A DNA stretch of 64,000 nucleotides, from positions 594,962-658,961 of the forward strand of contig JBJKYB010000002.1 of assembly GCA_045561235.1 (NCBI GenBank), in the 5' to 3' direction. The position numbers and the translations under genes are program-made. Below, in pieces: positions 9,470-20,558 of this stretch. This stretch comes from Gammaproteobacteria bacterium (GTDB taxonomy: Bacteria > Pseudomonadota > Gammaproteobacteria > Poriferisulfidales > GCA-002705445). The notes under the pieces are model-generated. The model was not told where the DNA came from. It searched no databases and saw only the letters and a program-made list of their open reading frames with translations. Positions within the stretch are counted from its first letter, which is position 1. Every line of letters begins with the position of its first letter.

Positions 9470-10741
9470 ATGGATTTAAAAGAATTAAAAAGAAGGAGAA
9501 TAGCATTAGCGAATGAGATGCAGAGAAATTCTATAGCTATATTATCATCTGCAAGTAAAAACTTTAGAACAAAAGATGTCGAAAATCCTTATCGGCAGCA
9601 TAGTGACTTCTTATATTTGACAGGACTAAGTGAGCCTAACCTTATCAATATAGTTTTTGTAGAAAATGATGAAGTTATCTCAATTCTATTCAGGGATAAT
9701 ACATCAGATCATGAAAAAGTGTGGGAAGGCAAAAGATTAGATAATTCTGAGATAAAAGAAAAATATGGTTTTTCAGAAATTCATAATATGAGTAATTATG
9801 AGGATAAAATTATAGATTACATAAGAAAAAAAGAAACTATTTATATAGAACAAGGTTTGAATATTAAATTAGATCATATCATTCTCCAAAAATTAAAAAA
9901 ATCCTCAGAAAATTGCCAAAAAGCCATTATTCCTTTAAATTCTATTACTCAAAAGCTTAGACTAATTAAATCCGACTATGAAATTAATATGATTAAAGGC
10001 GCTGCAAAAGTTTCTATTCAAGCACATAAGGAAGCTATGAAAAAATCCAAGCCAGGTATTTACGAATATGAACTAGATGCTGAAATTAAATACGTTTTTA
10101 ATAAAAATAATATGCATTTTGCGTATATGTCGATAGTTGGAGGAGGAAATAATGCTTGTACTCTTCACTATATAAAAAATGATAGCTTGTTAAAAGATAA
10201 AGATTTAGTTTTGATTGATGCGGCTGCAGAAAATAATGGCTACGCATCTGACATTACAAGAACTTTTCCAGTAAATGGAAAATTCACAAAAGAGCAATCT
10301 TTGATTTATGATATTGTTCTAAAGGCGCAAGAGAAAACGATTGAATTTATTCGACCTGGGATTACTTGGAATGATGTTCATCAGACAACAGTTAATGAAA
10401 TATCAAAAGGTTTAATTGAGTTAGATTTATTGAAAGATAACTTTGAAAACGTAATTAAAAAAGAATCATATAAAGAATTTTTTATGCATAGAACTGGACA
10501 TTGGTTAGGTCTAGATGTGCACGACGTAGGAGAATATGAAAATATTCTATTTGAACCAGGAATGGTGATTACTGTTGAGCCAGGAATATATATAAATGAA
10601 TCCAATGAAAGTATTCCCAAAAAATGGAGAGGAATTGGGGTCAGAATCGAAGACGATGTTTTGATAACAAAAGATGGTAATGAAGTAATTACGAAAGATC
10701 TTGCTAAGGAGCGAAATGAAATTGAGGCTCTGTGTAGTTAA
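9470..10741 (+). CDS. pepP: Xaa-Pro aminopeptidase (aminopeptidase P II), M24B family.
   Basis: 423 aa. Metal-ligand motifs of M24: D..(L)IDAA, HRTGHWLGLDVHD, VEPGIY, IRIEDD. It is followed by ubiH/ubiI as in E. coli. Confidence 0.9.
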   Translation: MDLKELKRRRIALANEMQRNSIAILSSASKNFRTKDVENPYRQHSDFLYLTGLSEPNLINIVFVENDEVISILFRDNTSDHEKVWEGKRLDNSEIKEKYGFSEIHNMSNYEDKIIDYIRKKETIYIEQGLNIKLDHIILQKLKKSSENCQKAIIPLNSITQKLRLIKSDYEINMIKGAAKVSIQAHKEAMKKSKPGIYEYELDAEIKYVFNKNNMHFAYMSIVGGGNNACTLHYIKNDSLLKDKDLVLIDAAAENNGYASDITRTFPVNGKFTKEQSLIYDIVLKAQEKTIEFIRPGITWNDVHQTTVNEISKGLIELDLLKDNFENVIKKESYKEFFMHRTGHWLGLDVHDVGEYENILFEPGMVITVEPGIYINESNESIPKKWRGIGVRIEDDVLITKDGNEVITKDLAKERNEIEALCS

Positions 10742-10745
10742 TAAA

Positions 10746-11954
10746 ATGCAAAAAAAAAATCATAATATCACTATAATTGGAGCAGGTTTAACAGGACTAG
10801 CGTTTTGTAACTTATTAAAAGAATCAGATACTAATATTCAATTAATAGATAATAATCCAAAAAGTTTCTATAAAAATATTAATATTGATAAACATATAGT
10901 ATTGTCTAACACAAGTAAATTAATCTTAGAGAGCATCAATCTCTGGAACCAGATAAGTCAACATTGCACAAAAATCAAAAATATCCATATATCAAAAAAA
11001 AATATATTTGGTTCAACATTAGTAAAATCGCAAGACGAGAATCTAGAATCGCTTGGATATCAAATACCCATCCGAGAACTCCTTAAGATTTTTCATGAAA
11101 ATATCAAAAATGAATCTAATATTGAAATATTATACGGATCAGAAGTAACTGTTGTAGAACCTGGCGAAGAAGTGAAAATTTCCTTTAAGCATAAATCTGT
11201 TATGAAAGAAATTACAACAAGTTCAGTTATATTTGCTACAGGAGCAACAGACAATTTAGTTGATTCAATATTTACTGAAAAAATACAAAAAATTTATCAA
11301 CAAAAGGCTTTAACTTGCGAGGTAGTATCAGATAAATATAATTGTGAAACAGCATTTGAAAGGTTTACAAATTTAGGAATTTTAGGAGTTATACCAAGAA
11401 AAGAAGGTAATTGGACCTTAATTTATTCAACAAATGAAGATGAATCAGAATTTATTTGTAATTTAGATAATAAAGAAGTAGCTAATTACTTTCAAAAACT
11501 TTTAGGTGAAAAATGTGGAGAAATTGAAGCAGTAAAAAGTATAAATGTCTATTCTCTTAAAATGAAATATCATAAATCTTTCACAAAAGATAACATATGC
11601 TTATTGGGTGATGCAGCACATACGCTTCATCCTATTGCCGCTCAAAGCTTTAATTTATCATTAAGGGATTGTGCATATCTTGCAAGCATGATTAGAAAAA
11701 AAATTATTAATAATGGTAGTTTGTCGAAAATATTTAAAGAATATCACTATAAAAGAGTCAATGAAGTTGAAAGACTTGTCAAATTCACAGATACTCTTGC
11801 CTCTTTTATTCACGGGGGCGGTTTACTTAAAAATAATTTTATTGGTTTATCTTTTTTAATTTTGGATACAAATAAAAAATTAAGAGTAAATATTATTAGA
11901 TATCTATTGGGTGTAAATTTTTCACAATCATTAATCTCAACCTTAAAAGAGTAA
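10746..11954 (+). CDS. ubiH: UbiH/UbiI/Coq6-family FAD-dependent ubiquinone biosynthesis monooxygenase (2-octaprenyl-6-methoxyphenol hydroxylase-like). The track start at 10701 overlaps pepP, so the start at 10746 is preferred.
   Basis: N-terminal Rossmann motif ITIIGAGLTGLA, the DG motif near position 180, and GDAAHTLHPIAAQ(S)FNL (FAD/NAD motif 2 of the UbiH family). Position after pepP matches E. coli. Confidence 0.75.
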   Translation: MQKKNHNITIIGAGLTGLAFCNLLKESDTNIQLIDNNPKSFYKNINIDKHIVLSNTSKLILESINLWNQISQHCTKIKNIHISKKNIFGSTLVKSQDENLESLGYQIPIRELLKIFHENIKNESNIEILYGSEVTVVEPGEEVKISFKHKSVMKEITTSSVIFATGATDNLVDSIFTEKIQKIYQQKALTCEVVSDKYNCETAFERFTNLGILGVIPRKEGNWTLIYSTNEDESEFICNLDNKEVANYFQKLLGEKCGEIEAVKSINVYSLKMKYHKSFTKDNICLLGDAAHTLHPIAAQSFNLSLRDCAYLASMIRKKIINNGSLSKIFKEYHYKRVNEVERLVKFTDTLASFIHGGGLLKNNFIGLSFLILDTNKKLRVNIIRYLLGVNFSQSLISTLKE

Positions 11955-11956
11955 TT

Positions 11957-13114
11957 ATGAAAACCGATGCAATAATAGTTGGATCTGGAATAATAGGAAT
12001 GTCTTTAGCAATTATTTTAAGTAAAAATAATAAGAAAACTATAATTATAGAAAAAAACTTATCAAATAATTTGAACAATAGAAGAGTTTATGCACTTTCA
12101 GAAAAAACAAAATCTTTTTTTGAGAGTATCTCTATATGGGAGAATATTTCAAACATTAATCAACTAGATGAAATGAGTCTTCACTATAGAAATTATATCA
12201 CTGATGATGCACTTAGTTTTAAAAGAATAGATTCTCAAAAAAATATTGGTTATATAGGTGAAAGTAATAATATTATGAAAGCTTTAATTGAGAAAATTGA
12301 ACATGATAAAAATATTAAACTGTACGATAATTGTTCGGTTGATGAAATAAGTAATCACTTAAATAACCTTGAAATCACCACAACAAATAAAAATACTATC
12401 AAATCTAAGTATTTGTTCAGCTGTGATGGTTCAAAATCAGGTATAAAGAAACATTTAGGGCTTAATAATCAATATGATTATTATGATTCAAAGGCAAAAG
12501 TTTTTAATATAAAACATGAAAAATCAAATAAGAAAACAGCTACACAAATATTTTTACAAAGTGGTCCAGTTGCGTTTCTTCCTCTAACATTAAATGAATC
12601 ATCAATGGTTGTAAGTATAAAAAATAAATTTAATTCTGAAGAATTTAGTGAGGATAATATTTGCGGCTTTTTAGAAAAAATTACCAATAACTCTTTTGGA
12701 AAAATTGAGTTAAACTCAAAAATTCTTTCCTTTGATCTAGTCGGATTTGACTCAGAATCTTATATAAGCGGAAATACTGTATTTGTTGGAGATTCTGCAC
12801 ATTCTGTTCATCCTTTAGCTGGAATGGGTTTAAATTTAGGTATCTCTGATGTTATTGAGATTGATAAAGCTATCAAAGGAAGCCATCAAATATTTGGAGA
12901 TAAAAATTTTTTCTCAGGATATGCTCGTAAACAGAAAATTGTCAATAAAAAGGCTAGGCAACAGCTTAAAATTATAGAGAAAGTCTACTCTTTGGAGAAC
13001 AATGCTATTATGCAAATTATAAAATTTGGTATGAAAAATATACAAAAATCTACTTTTTTAAAAGAAAAAATAATAAAACATGCTAATAACAATTTGAGTA
13101 TTTTTCAAAATTAG
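11957..13114 (+). CDS. ubiI: Second UbiH/UbiI(VisC)-family FAD-dependent monooxygenase.
   Basis: DAIIVGSGIIGMSLA Rossmann motif and GDSAHSVHPLAGMGLNLG motif. Tandem with ubiH as E. coli ubiH-visC. Confidence 0.75.
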   Translation: MKTDAIIVGSGIIGMSLAIILSKNNKKTIIIEKNLSNNLNNRRVYALSEKTKSFFESISIWENISNINQLDEMSLHYRNYITDDALSFKRIDSQKNIGYIGESNNIMKALIEKIEHDKNIKLYDNCSVDEISNHLNNLEITTTNKNTIKSKYLFSCDGSKSGIKKHLGLNNQYDYYDSKAKVFNIKHEKSNKKTATQIFLQSGPVAFLPLTLNESSMVVSIKNKFNSEEFSEDNICGFLEKITNNSFGKIELNSKILSFDLVGFDSESYISGNTVFVGDSAHSVHPLAGMGLNLGISDVIEIDKAIKGSHQIFGDKNFFSGYARKQKIVNKKARQQLKIIEKVYSLENNAIMQIIKFGMKNIQKSTFLKEKIIKHANNNLSIFQN

Positions 13115-13806
13115 CCAAAGTTGATATAATTTTCAATCAAATCACAATGTTTTTGTATAAAGAATTTTTCAGTAGAATTTTGATATAAAATTTTTCCCTT
13201 ATCCAGAAATATAATTTCCTTACCTATTCTTTTAATTTGTGAAATATCATGGGAAGTCATAAATATTTTTGTTGTAGATGAAGCAAGATTATTTATTATA
13301 TTTTCGATTTCATTTTTATAAACAGGGTCAAGTTGAGATGTTGGTTCATCCAAAAAAATAATTTTTGGGTCTCCTATAATAGACATAGCAATAGCGACTT
13401 TTTGTCTCTCACCACCAGATATATATTTTGTATTAATATTCATAATACTTTCTAAATTTAGTTTTTTAATAATTTTATCAACATAATATTTATCTTTTAT
13501 ATTTTTTTGTTTAATTACATAAAGTAAATTTTCATATATTGTTCTATTTAAAAGTATTGGTGTTTGGAATACCATCGATTGATTTTTCTTTATTTCAGAA
13601 GTTGTAAACTCCCCCCATTTTATTGTACTTTCTGGCATTTTTATGAGTCCGTGAAGTGCTTTGAGCAAAGTACTCTTTCCTGATCCATTATTGCCAGCAA
13701 TAATAGTTATTTTTTTTTCTGTTGTATTTATATTTATATCTTTGAGAATAAAATTATTATTTATTTCATAGTTTAAATTCTTAACTATTAAGGGAAGAAT
13801 TCTCAT
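13111..13806 (-). CDS. ABC transporter ATP-binding protein (231 aa, no extra domain). Substrate unknown.
   Basis: Walker A GNNGSGKST, signature ISGGERQKVAIA, Walker B IIFLDEP, H-loop TSHD. Confidence 0.85.
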   Translation of the reverse strand: MRILPLIVKNLNYEINNNFILKDININTTEKKITIIAGNNGSGKSTLLKALHGLIKMPESTIKWGEFTTSEIKKNQSMVFQTPILLNRTIYENLLYVIKQKNIKDKYYVDKIIKKLNLESIMNINTKYISGGERQKVAIAMSIIGDPKIIFLDEPTSQLDPVYKNEIENIINNLASSTTKIFMTSHDISQIKRIGKEIIFLDKGKILYQNSTEKFFIQKHCDLIENYINFG

Positions 13807-14490
13807 TCAGCTTATTTTCCTAAGTGATTTAATTAGTATAGTTATAATAAAGGATATTAGTAATAGAATCAGCCCAAGTGCTACAGCAAGTTCTATACTA
13901 CCTTTACTTGTTTCAAACGCTATAGCTGTTGTCATTACTCTTGTGAAATGGTTAATATTTCCACCAACTATCATAACAGCGCCAACTTCGGCACTAGCTC
14001 TTCCAAATCCAGTTAGAGCAACTGTAATGAGAGCGTATCTTGATTCATAAATTAATGTTTTAAGTTTTTTGAACTTATTTAAATTTAAAGAGTTTAGTAA
14101 TAAATTTAACTCTTTATTTTTTTTGTAAATTTCCTCGTAAGTAAGCGAGATAACAATTGGTATAATTAATAGTGTTTGTGCAAGTACCATCACCGTCGGA
14201 GTATAAAGTATATCAAGAAAACCGAAAATACCCTGCTTCGAAACAAGAGTATATATTATCAAGCCTAGAACAACCGGAGGCATACCCATTAAAGTATTGG
14301 AAATAAGCATTATGAAAGACTGAAATTTATTTTTATAGAATACTAAAAAAGCTCCAAATGGAATACTTATCGATACAGCAATTATTAATGCTGACAGAGT
14401 TACTTTTAGTGATAATGCTATAATCTCAAATAAATCTTTATTAAGGGATATAATTAGATTAAATGCTGTTTCTAATATGTTAATTAACAT
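13807..14490 (-). CDS. ABC transporter permease (importer-type TMD with EAA loop; ModB/TupB/CysTW-like). Substrate unknown, and no binding-protein gene is adjacent.
   Basis: 227 aa, about 6 TM segments. EAA-like loop ...YESRYALITVALTGFGRASAEVGAVMIVGGNI. Zero-nt gap to the ATPase gene. Confidence 0.75.
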   Translation of the reverse strand: MLINILETAFNLIISLNKDLFEIIALSLKVTLSALIIAVSISIPFGAFLVFYKNKFQSFIMLISNTLMGMPPVVLGLIIYTLVSKQGIFGFLDILYTPTVMVLAQTLLIIPIVISLTYEEIYKKNKELNLLLNSLNLNKFKKLKTLIYESRYALITVALTGFGRASAEVGAVMIVGGNINHFTRVMTTAIAFETSKGSIELAVALGLILLLISFIITILIKSLRKIS

Positions 14491-15226
14491 TTGATTCTAA
14501 AATATTTTTTACAGTTTGGTAACATTCATTTGAAATTGATTTTCTATCTTTACCTTTTGTTTCAATCAGTTTTGTAATAGTAATTTCAGCGGTGATATCT
14601 TTGTGAAATAGAACTTTAAGAATATTTAAAAATAAAGAATTCCCTCTTACAAAAGGGACACTAGGATGGATATTTTTATTTTTATATGGATATTTTATTA
14701 CTACACATTGAACTGGACAGCTAGAGTCTATGCAGCTAGCAAATAGCCTGGGTTTAAAACTTAATAGTTTTTTTCCTCCAGAAGAAGTTCCCTCTGGAAA
14801 TATTGCTACATTTCTGTTGCGAGATAGGAATTCAGATATACCAGATACCGCTAATGAGGCTGCATTTTTTTCACCTCTATTTATAAAAAGCATATCAACA
14901 GCAGTGGTGATTTTGCCAATGACTGGCCATTTACTTACCTCAATTTTTGATAAAAAGGTGGTTTTAAACGTGCTTCCTAAAATTATGATATCCAGCCATG
15001 AGGAATGATTGGAAATAATTAAGTAATTCCCTTGTTTTATATCACCTTTTATAATTGTTTTTACTTCAATAATATCTAGTATCTTTTTAAACCACAGTCT
15101 TATTTTTTCAGATTGTTTATCGTTAGCACATATATCAAAATCCCCGATTTCAGCAATTATTGCTTTTGTATTTGTTATATGAACAACAAACTTAAGTAGC
15201 TTTTTAAAAAAATTTATTATTCTCAT
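14480..15226 (-). CDS. Lysophospholipid acyltransferase family (PlsC-like 1-acyl-sn-glycerol-3-phosphate acyltransferase).
   Basis: HX4D motif NHSSWLD, FPEGT motif (IFPEGTSS). 248 aa. Overlaps the neighbouring genes at both ends. Confidence 0.75.
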   Translation of the reverse strand: MRIINFFKKLLKFVVHITNTKAIIAEIGDFDICANDKQSEKIRLWFKKILDIIEVKTIIKGDIKQGNYLIISNHSSWLDIIILGSTFKTTFLSKIEVSKWPVIGKITTAVDMLFINRGEKNAASLAVSGISEFLSRNRNVAIFPEGTSSGGKKLLSFKPRLFASCIDSSCPVQCVVIKYPYKNKNIHPSVPFVRGNSLFLNILKVLFHKDITAEITITKLIETKGKDRKSISNECYQTVKNILESNVN

Positions 15227-17271
15227 AATAGATTGACCCTATTTGAAAATTCATTTATATCATTAATTGGTTTTTCACATGTAAAGCCTTTACATATATA
15301 TGCTGTCACATCTCCCAGAGCTTTCTTGTCATCAATACTTTTATATCCTGTATTATTGTTACTTATATAAAAGTAACTAATATAAGGTTTGTTAAGAGCA
15401 ATCAACTTGTCAATCCATGTGTAAATATTATTTGATTTTACATTTGTTTTCAAAATAATGGTAACAATTGGCTTTTTCATTAAGAGATAATTATCAAGAA
15501 GAGAACTATGAGAATTAGGAGAGTCATTTAATTGTTTCGATGCATAGGAGAAAACAGATTCTGCAGCATCAATATATTTTGTATTATTCATGAGAAAACC
15601 TAATTTTATAAATATTTTTGATGCCAAACTATTTCCAGATGGAAAGGCTTCATCAGCAGTCGGTTTTGGTTTTTGTATGAGGATCTCGTGCTCTTTGGAG
15701 GTAAAGTAAAATCCCCCATCAGAGAAATCTAAAAACTTTTCAATTAACACATCTGCCAGAACAATTACTTTTTCAAATAATTTATCATTCCATTTTATAG
15801 ATAAGAAATTTAAGATAGCATTTATTAAAAAAACATAATCGTCTAGATATGCATCTATGTGAGACTTTCCATTTTTATATGTCGCGTTTAACTTAGTTTT
15901 ATCTAGCATATTACTAATTAAAAAAAGTATAGATTTTTCAGCGCTTTCTAAATAAAGAGTATTTCTTGAGATTTTATAGTATTCAATTAAAGAATTTGCA
16001 GTTAACGAGTTCCAAGATGTCAGTATTTTTTCATCTGTGAAAGGTTTTTTTCTTTTATTTCTGATATCAAGAAGTATGTTTATGCTTTCATCTAATAGTT
16101 TATAGTCGACATTTTTTATTCTTGATTTAAATTCTACTTTTGTATTATAAGAAATATATAAATGATATTTATTTTCAAAATTACTTTTTTTACTCAAGCC
16201 GAAGTGATCTGAAAACACGTCAAATTGATTTTTGCTAAGATTTTTCTCTACTTCTAATTTATCCCAAACATAATACTGTCCTTCGCCATCATCAGAATCA
16301 GCATCTATACTTGAAAAAAAACCTCCTTCGCTCGATTGCATTTCATTGATGATCCAGTCAGCTATTCTCTTTGCTGTTTTGAAGAAACTTTGGTCTTTAG
16401 TAATGAAGTAGGCTTTAGAATAACATTCTAACAAGCAAGAATTATCATATAACATTTTTTCAAAGTGAGGGATCATCCAAACGTCATCAACTGAATATCT
16501 GAAAAATCCACCACCGAGTTGATCATTGATTCCACCTTCTTGCATTGAAATGAGACTATAAAGCGCCATATTTAAATCATCTTGATCATCTTTTTTATTG
16601 TTATATTGGTGCGAATTCAATATATACATTATAACGCTTGGTTGAGGGAATTTTGGAGCAGAACCAAAACCGCCCATGGTTATGTCAAAAGCACTTCTTG
16701 CATTTTTCATGTATTTCTCTTGTATTTTTCTATCAATATCTTCTTCGTTTGTATTATTTCTATCTATTTGATCTAAAGCTCGAATAATTGACTTGTTATG
16801 ATTTAAAATTTCATCATAATTATTATTATAGTAATCATAAATTTTCATTAATAATTCTTTAAAGCTTGGTAAATTATATTTATTTGTATTTGGGAAATAA
16901 GTACCTCCAAAAAACGGTGCTTGATTATCATGAGATAAGAACATTGTTAGAGGCCAGCCTCCAGATCTTTGGTTTAGAAGAATTTGTGAAGTTTGATAAA
17001 TTTTATCCAAATCTGGTCGTTCCTCTCTATCCACTTTTATGTTTATAAAATATTTATTCATAATCTCTGCAGTTTTATCATCCTCAAATGATTCATGAGC
17101 CATCACATGACACCAATGGCATGCAGAATATCCAATAGATAACAAAATAGGTTTTTTCTCTATTTTTGCTTTATTTAAAGCCTCTTTTCCCCAAGGATAC
17201 CAATCAACAGGATTTTTTGCATGCTGAAGTAAATAAGGGCTTGTTTCTTTTGAGAGACGATTTATTTTCAT
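15223..17271 (-). CDS. yyaL: YyaL/COG1331 thioredoxin-domain protein (DUF255 N-terminus plus six-hairpin glycosidase-like/N-acylglucosamine-2-epimerase-like C-terminus). Probable start is MKINRL at 17271. The track start at 17337 would overlap the divergent lgt.
   Basis: N-terminus [28 protein letters not shown]..., thioredoxin-like CHWCHVM motif. About 680 aa, typical of the family. Confidence 0.8.
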   Translation of the reverse strand: MKINRLSKETSPYLLQHAKNPVDWYPWGKEALNKAKIEKKPILLSIGYSACHWCHVMAHESFEDDKTAEIMNKYFINIKVDREERPDLDKIYQTSQILLNQRSGGWPLTMFLSHDNQAPFFGGTYFPNTNKYNLPSFKELLMKIYDYYNNNYDEILNHNKSIIRALDQIDRNNTNEEDIDRKIQEKYMKNARSAFDITMGGFGSAPKFPQPSVIMYILNSHQYNNKKDDQDDLNMALYSLISMQEGGINDQLGGGFFRYSVDDVWMIPHFEKMLYDNSCLLECYSKAYFITKDQSFFKTAKRIADWIINEMQSSEGGFFSSIDADSDDGEGQYYVWDKLEVEKNLSKNQFDVFSDHFGLSKKSNFENKYHLYISYNTKVEFKSRIKNVDYKLLDESINILLDIRNKRKKPFTDEKILTSWNSLTANSLIEYYKISRNTLYLESAEKSILFLISNMLDKTKLNATYKNGKSHIDAYLDDYVFLINAILNFLSIKWNDKLFEKVIVLADVLIEKFLDFSDGGFYFTSKEHEILIQKPKPTADEAFPSGNSLASKIFIKLGFLMNNTKYIDAAESVFSYASKQLNDSPNSHSSLLDNYLLMKKPIVTIILKTNVKSNNIYTWIDKLIALNKPYISYFYISNNNTGYKSIDDKKALGDVTAYICKGFTCEKPINDINEFSNRVNLL

Positions 17272-17311
17272 ACCTCTGCTATTATATACATTTATAATAA
17301 AATTATTAGTA

Positions 17312-18082
17312 ATGATACATAATTTAAATCCGATCATTATTTCTTTTGGTAGTTTCCATATTTACTGGTATGGATTTATGTACCTAATTGCTTTTTTAGC
17401 AGCTTGGCTACTAGGAAATCTATATATAAAAAAAAATATTATTAAAATTGATAATAATAAATTTTCTGATTTGTTATTTCTTTGTTTTTTGGGCATTTTG
17501 ATTGGAGGAAGAATTGGCTATTCGTTTTTTTATAATTTATCTTCAACAATAGAAAACCCATTAACTATATTTTTTTTATGGGATGGCGGCATGAGCTTTC
17601 ACGGTGGATTTCTTGGTGTAATTATTAGCATTGTTTATTTTTGCAAAAAAAATAAGATTTCTTTTTTTATAATATCTGATTTTATAGTCAAATTGGTACC
17701 TATTGGATTATTTACTGGCAGAATTGGAAATTTTATTAATGGGGAACTAATCGGTAAACCAACAGATCTTCCTTGGGGGGTAGTATTTTTAAAAATTGAT
17801 GATTTGTATAGACATCCGTCGCAATTATATGAAGCTTTTTTGGAAGGTGTGGTCTTGTTTATAGTTTTAAATTTTATAGTTTCAAAAAATGCAAAAACTG
17901 CAACTGCAACAGCTTATTTTTTAATATTATATTCTTTATTTAGATTTCTAGTAGAATTTTTAAGATTACCAGATTCCCATATTGGATATCTTATGTTTAG
18001 TTGGGTTACAATGGGACAAATTCTCTGTATACCAATGTTTTTTTTAGGTTTGTATATTTTAAGAATAAGAAATGGTGACTAA
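17312..18082 (+). CDS. lgt: Phosphatidylglycerol--prolipoprotein diacylglyceryl transferase.
   Basis: Lgt signature blocks HWYG(F)[38 protein letters not shown](F)LEG, GQIL(S/C)IPM. lgt-thyA adjacency as in E. coli. Confidence 0.9.
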   Translation: MIHNLNPIIISFGSFHIYWYGFMYLIAFLAAWLLGNLYIKKNIIKIDNNKFSDLLFLCFLGILIGGRIGYSFFYNLSSTIENPLTIFFLWDGGMSFHGGFLGVIISIVYFCKKNKISFFIISDFIVKLVPIGLFTGRIGNFINGELIGKPTDLPWGVVFLKIDDLYRHPSQLYEAFLEGVVLFIVLNFIVSKNAKTATATAYFLILYSLFRFLVEFLRLPDSHIGYLMFSWVTMGQILCIPMFFLGLYILRIRNGD

Positions 18083-18087
18083 TATTT

Positions 18088-18882
18088 ATGAAGCAATATC
18101 TGGATCTACTTAATCACATTATAAATGAAGGTGTTGAAAAAAATGATAGGACTGGTGTAGGAACCCTATCAGCTTTTGGGTACCAAACACGATTTGACTT
18201 ATCAAAAGGTTTTCCTCTAGTAACAACGAAAAAAATTCATTTAAAATCAGTAATATATGAGCTTCTATGGTTTATCAATGGTGATAGTAACATAAATTAT
18301 TTAAATAGTAATGGTGTGACAATTTGGGATGAATGGGCTGACGAAAATGGAAATTTAGGAAAAATTTATGGAGTTCAGTGGAGAAGCTGGGGAACAAGTA
18401 AAGGTATACATATAGATCAATTAAATAATTTAATGAAAAATTTGGAAAAAAATCCAGATTCAAGAAGACATATTATATCGGCTTGGAATGTTGGAGAATT
18501 AGATGATATGGCTTTACCACCATGTCATTGTTTATTCCAATTTTATGTGGCAAATAATAAGCTTTCATGTCAGCTATATCAAAGAAGTGCAGATGCTTTC
18601 CTTGGAGTTCCTTTCAATATTGCTTCTTATTCATTATTGATTCATATGATTGCGCATGTTTTAGATTTTAAAGTCGGAGAACTTATATATACAATTGGTG
18701 ATGTGCATTTATATAATAACCATATTGAACAAGCAAAAATACAAATTAGTCGAGATCCATATAAACTTCCTATTTTAAAAATAAATAAAGAGGTTAAAGA
18801 TATTTTCTCATTTAATTATGAAGATTTTGAAATTATTAATTATAAAGCGCATCCTCATATAAGTGGAAAAATAGCAATATGA
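18088..18882 (+). CDS. thyA: Thymidylate synthase (ThyA type).
   Basis: 264 aa, same as E. coli. Motifs DRTGVGT, catalytic LPPCH, YQRS(A/C)D.FLG.PFNIASY, GD(V/A)H(L/I)Y.NH. Confidence 0.95.
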   Translation: MKQYLDLLNHIINEGVEKNDRTGVGTLSAFGYQTRFDLSKGFPLVTTKKIHLKSVIYELLWFINGDSNINYLNSNGVTIWDEWADENGNLGKIYGVQWRSWGTSKGIHIDQLNNLMKNLEKNPDSRRHIISAWNVGELDDMALPPCHCLFQFYVANNKLSCQLYQRSADAFLGVPFNIASYSLLIHMIAHVLDFKVGELIYTIGDVHLYNNHIEQAKIQISRDPYKLPILKINKEVKDIFSFNYEDFEIINYKAHPHISGKIAI

Positions 18883-19361
18883 ACTTATCTATAATAGTCG
18901 CTATGTCAAAAAATAGGGTTATAGGAAAGGACAATAAAATGCCTTGGCATTTATCAAATGATCTAAAAAACTTTAAAAAAATCACAATTGGAAAAACTAT
19001 TGTAATGGGAAGGTTAACCTATGATTCTATCGGCAGACCGCTTCCTGAAAGAAAAAATATTGTCTTATCTAGAAATCTTATAGACTCAGATGTATTTATT
19101 TTTGATAATTTTGAAGAAGTTTTAAATTTTACCAAAGATGAAGACGAAGTATTTATTATAGGAGGTCAAGATATATACTCTCAAACAATTGATAAAGTAA
19201 ATAAATTATATTTAACTACAATAGACGCTAATATAGAGGGAGATAAATATTTTCCGGAAATTGATATTTCTAAATGGAAAAAAATTCGCTCAGAGAATTT
19301 TAGCAAAGATCAAAATAATACACATGATTTTGTATCAGAACTTTATATAAAAAACATTTAA
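18879..19361 (+). CDS. folA: Dihydrofolate reductase.
   Basis: 160 aa. N-terminal (I)[26 protein letters not shown]..(V)MGR.T(Y/F).S. and FIIGGQ motifs. Start overlaps the thyA stop (ATGA). Confidence 0.9.
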   Translation: MNLSIIVAMSKNRVIGKDNKMPWHLSNDLKNFKKITIGKTIVMGRLTYDSIGRPLPERKNIVLSRNLIDSDVFIFDNFEEVLNFTKDEDEVFIIGGQDIYSQTIDKVNKLYLTTIDANIEGDKYFPEIDISKWKKIRSENFSKDQNNTHDFVSELYIKNI

Positions 19362-20176
19362 CACTGCACTTGAAATTTTTTTACTTTTTTATTTTTGAAA
19401 ATTTCAATACCAGTAAGTTTGTTACCCCAAACACAACCAGTGTCAATGGATACAATTTTTTTTGTTTCTCTAAATCCTAAAGTAGACCAATGACCAATGA
19501 TTACTTTATATTTATTGTATATTTTGTTATCAAACTCAAACCATGGAGTAAGAGTACTTAATGTATTTTCCTCTGGATTTTCTTTTATTTCAAAATCTAG
19601 AGACATGTCTTCTTTTAAATAGCGCATTCTCGTAAAAGCATTAGTAGAAAATATTAGCTTCTCTTTGTTGCTTAATTTTTTATGCCATGAATTTGGAATA
19701 TTACTCCATAGCGTTTCAACAAATGCTTTGCAGTTTTTACTTTTCAATAATTTTTCAATATTTGAAGCCATTAAAAATGTATCTTTTAGATCCCATTTTG
19801 GATAAATTCCGGCATGCACTAAAATGTATTCAAGTTCGGGGTCTTTGTAGACTAATTTTTGCTGTCTTAACCATTTTATTATTTCATTACTATCTTTGTC
19901 GGAAAGAATCTCTTCAAAATTTTTATTTTTGTTAGGCCAAGTCTTAGCTTGAAAATATGATGCAATTAAATAAAAATCATGATTGCCTAAAACAGAAATC
20001 GCTTTTGTATCCAAGTCCATAATATACTTTATTACATCAAGTGAATTTGGTCCTTTGTTTACTAAATCTCCAGCTAACCATAAAGTATCTTTCTTTTTAT
20101 TGAAATTCATTTGCTTTAATAGCTTTTTAAAATCTCGGTAGCAACCTTGAATGTCACCAATAGCATATGTAGACAT
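19358..20176 (-). CDS. apaH: Bis(5'-nucleosyl)-tetraphosphatase, symmetrical (diadenosine tetraphosphatase).
   Basis: Metallophosphatase motifs MSTYAIGDIQGC, GDLVN(K/R)GP, GNHD, and a histidine-containing C-terminal block. Follows apaG as in E. coli. Confidence 0.9.
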   Translation of the reverse strand: MSTYAIGDIQGCYRDFKKLLKQMNFNKKKDTLWLAGDLVNKGPNSLDVIKYIMDLDTKAISVLGNHDFYLIASYFQAKTWPNKNKNFEEILSDKDSNEIIKWLRQQKLVYKDPELEYILVHAGIYPKWDLKDTFLMASNIEKLLKSKNCKAFVETLWSNIPNSWHKKLSNKEKLIFSTNAFTRMRYLKEDMSLDFEIKENPEENTLSTLTPWFEFDNKIYNKYKVIIGHWSTLGFRETKKIVSIDTGCVWGNKLTGIEIFKNKKVKKFQVQC

Positions 20177-20177
20177 G

Positions 20178-20558
20178 TTAATTTAAAATTTTTGGTACAT
20201 TCAATGAGAATAAAGGAATAGGTGCATCAAACTCATAACCATTGTCTGCAACCATTGAGTATTTTCCATGCATAGTTCCTATTGGTGTGTTTAATATAGT
20301 TCCGCTTGTGTATTCAAAATATTCGTTTTTTAGTAATCTTGGTTGCTCACCTATAACTCCCAAACCTTTAACTTCTTCAGTTTTACCATTAGCATCTGTA
20401 ATTATCCAATGTCTGCTTATAAGTTTTGCAGGAATTTTTCCAGCATTTTTTATATTTACTGTGTAAGAAAAAACAAATCTATTTTCATTTGGGAGAGATT
20501 GAAACTCTATATATTGAGTTTTTACTTTAATATCTATTTTATACAAATTTTCTGTCAT
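20178..20558 (-). CDS. apaG: ApaG (DUF525) protein.
   Basis: 126 aa. ApaG family signature (R)HW.ITD.NG...V.G.GV.G.QP.L. Located between ksgA and apaH. Confidence 0.9.
   Translation of the reverse strand: MTENLYKIDIKVKTQYIEFQSLPNENRFVFSYTVNIKNAGKIPAKLISRHWIITDANGKTEEVKGLGVIGEQPRLLKNEYFEYTSGTILNTPIGTMHGKYSMVADNGYEFDAPIPLFSLNVPKILN

Noticed and set aside
17271-17337. Divergent overlap of yyaL and lgt 5' ends (track start 17337 vs lgt start 17312)
   Set aside because: Homologues of YyaL begin near MKINRL..SPYLLQH. Choosing the internal ATG at 17271 removes the overlap and leaves a 40-bp divergent promoter region. The longer ORF is a start-codon artefact.
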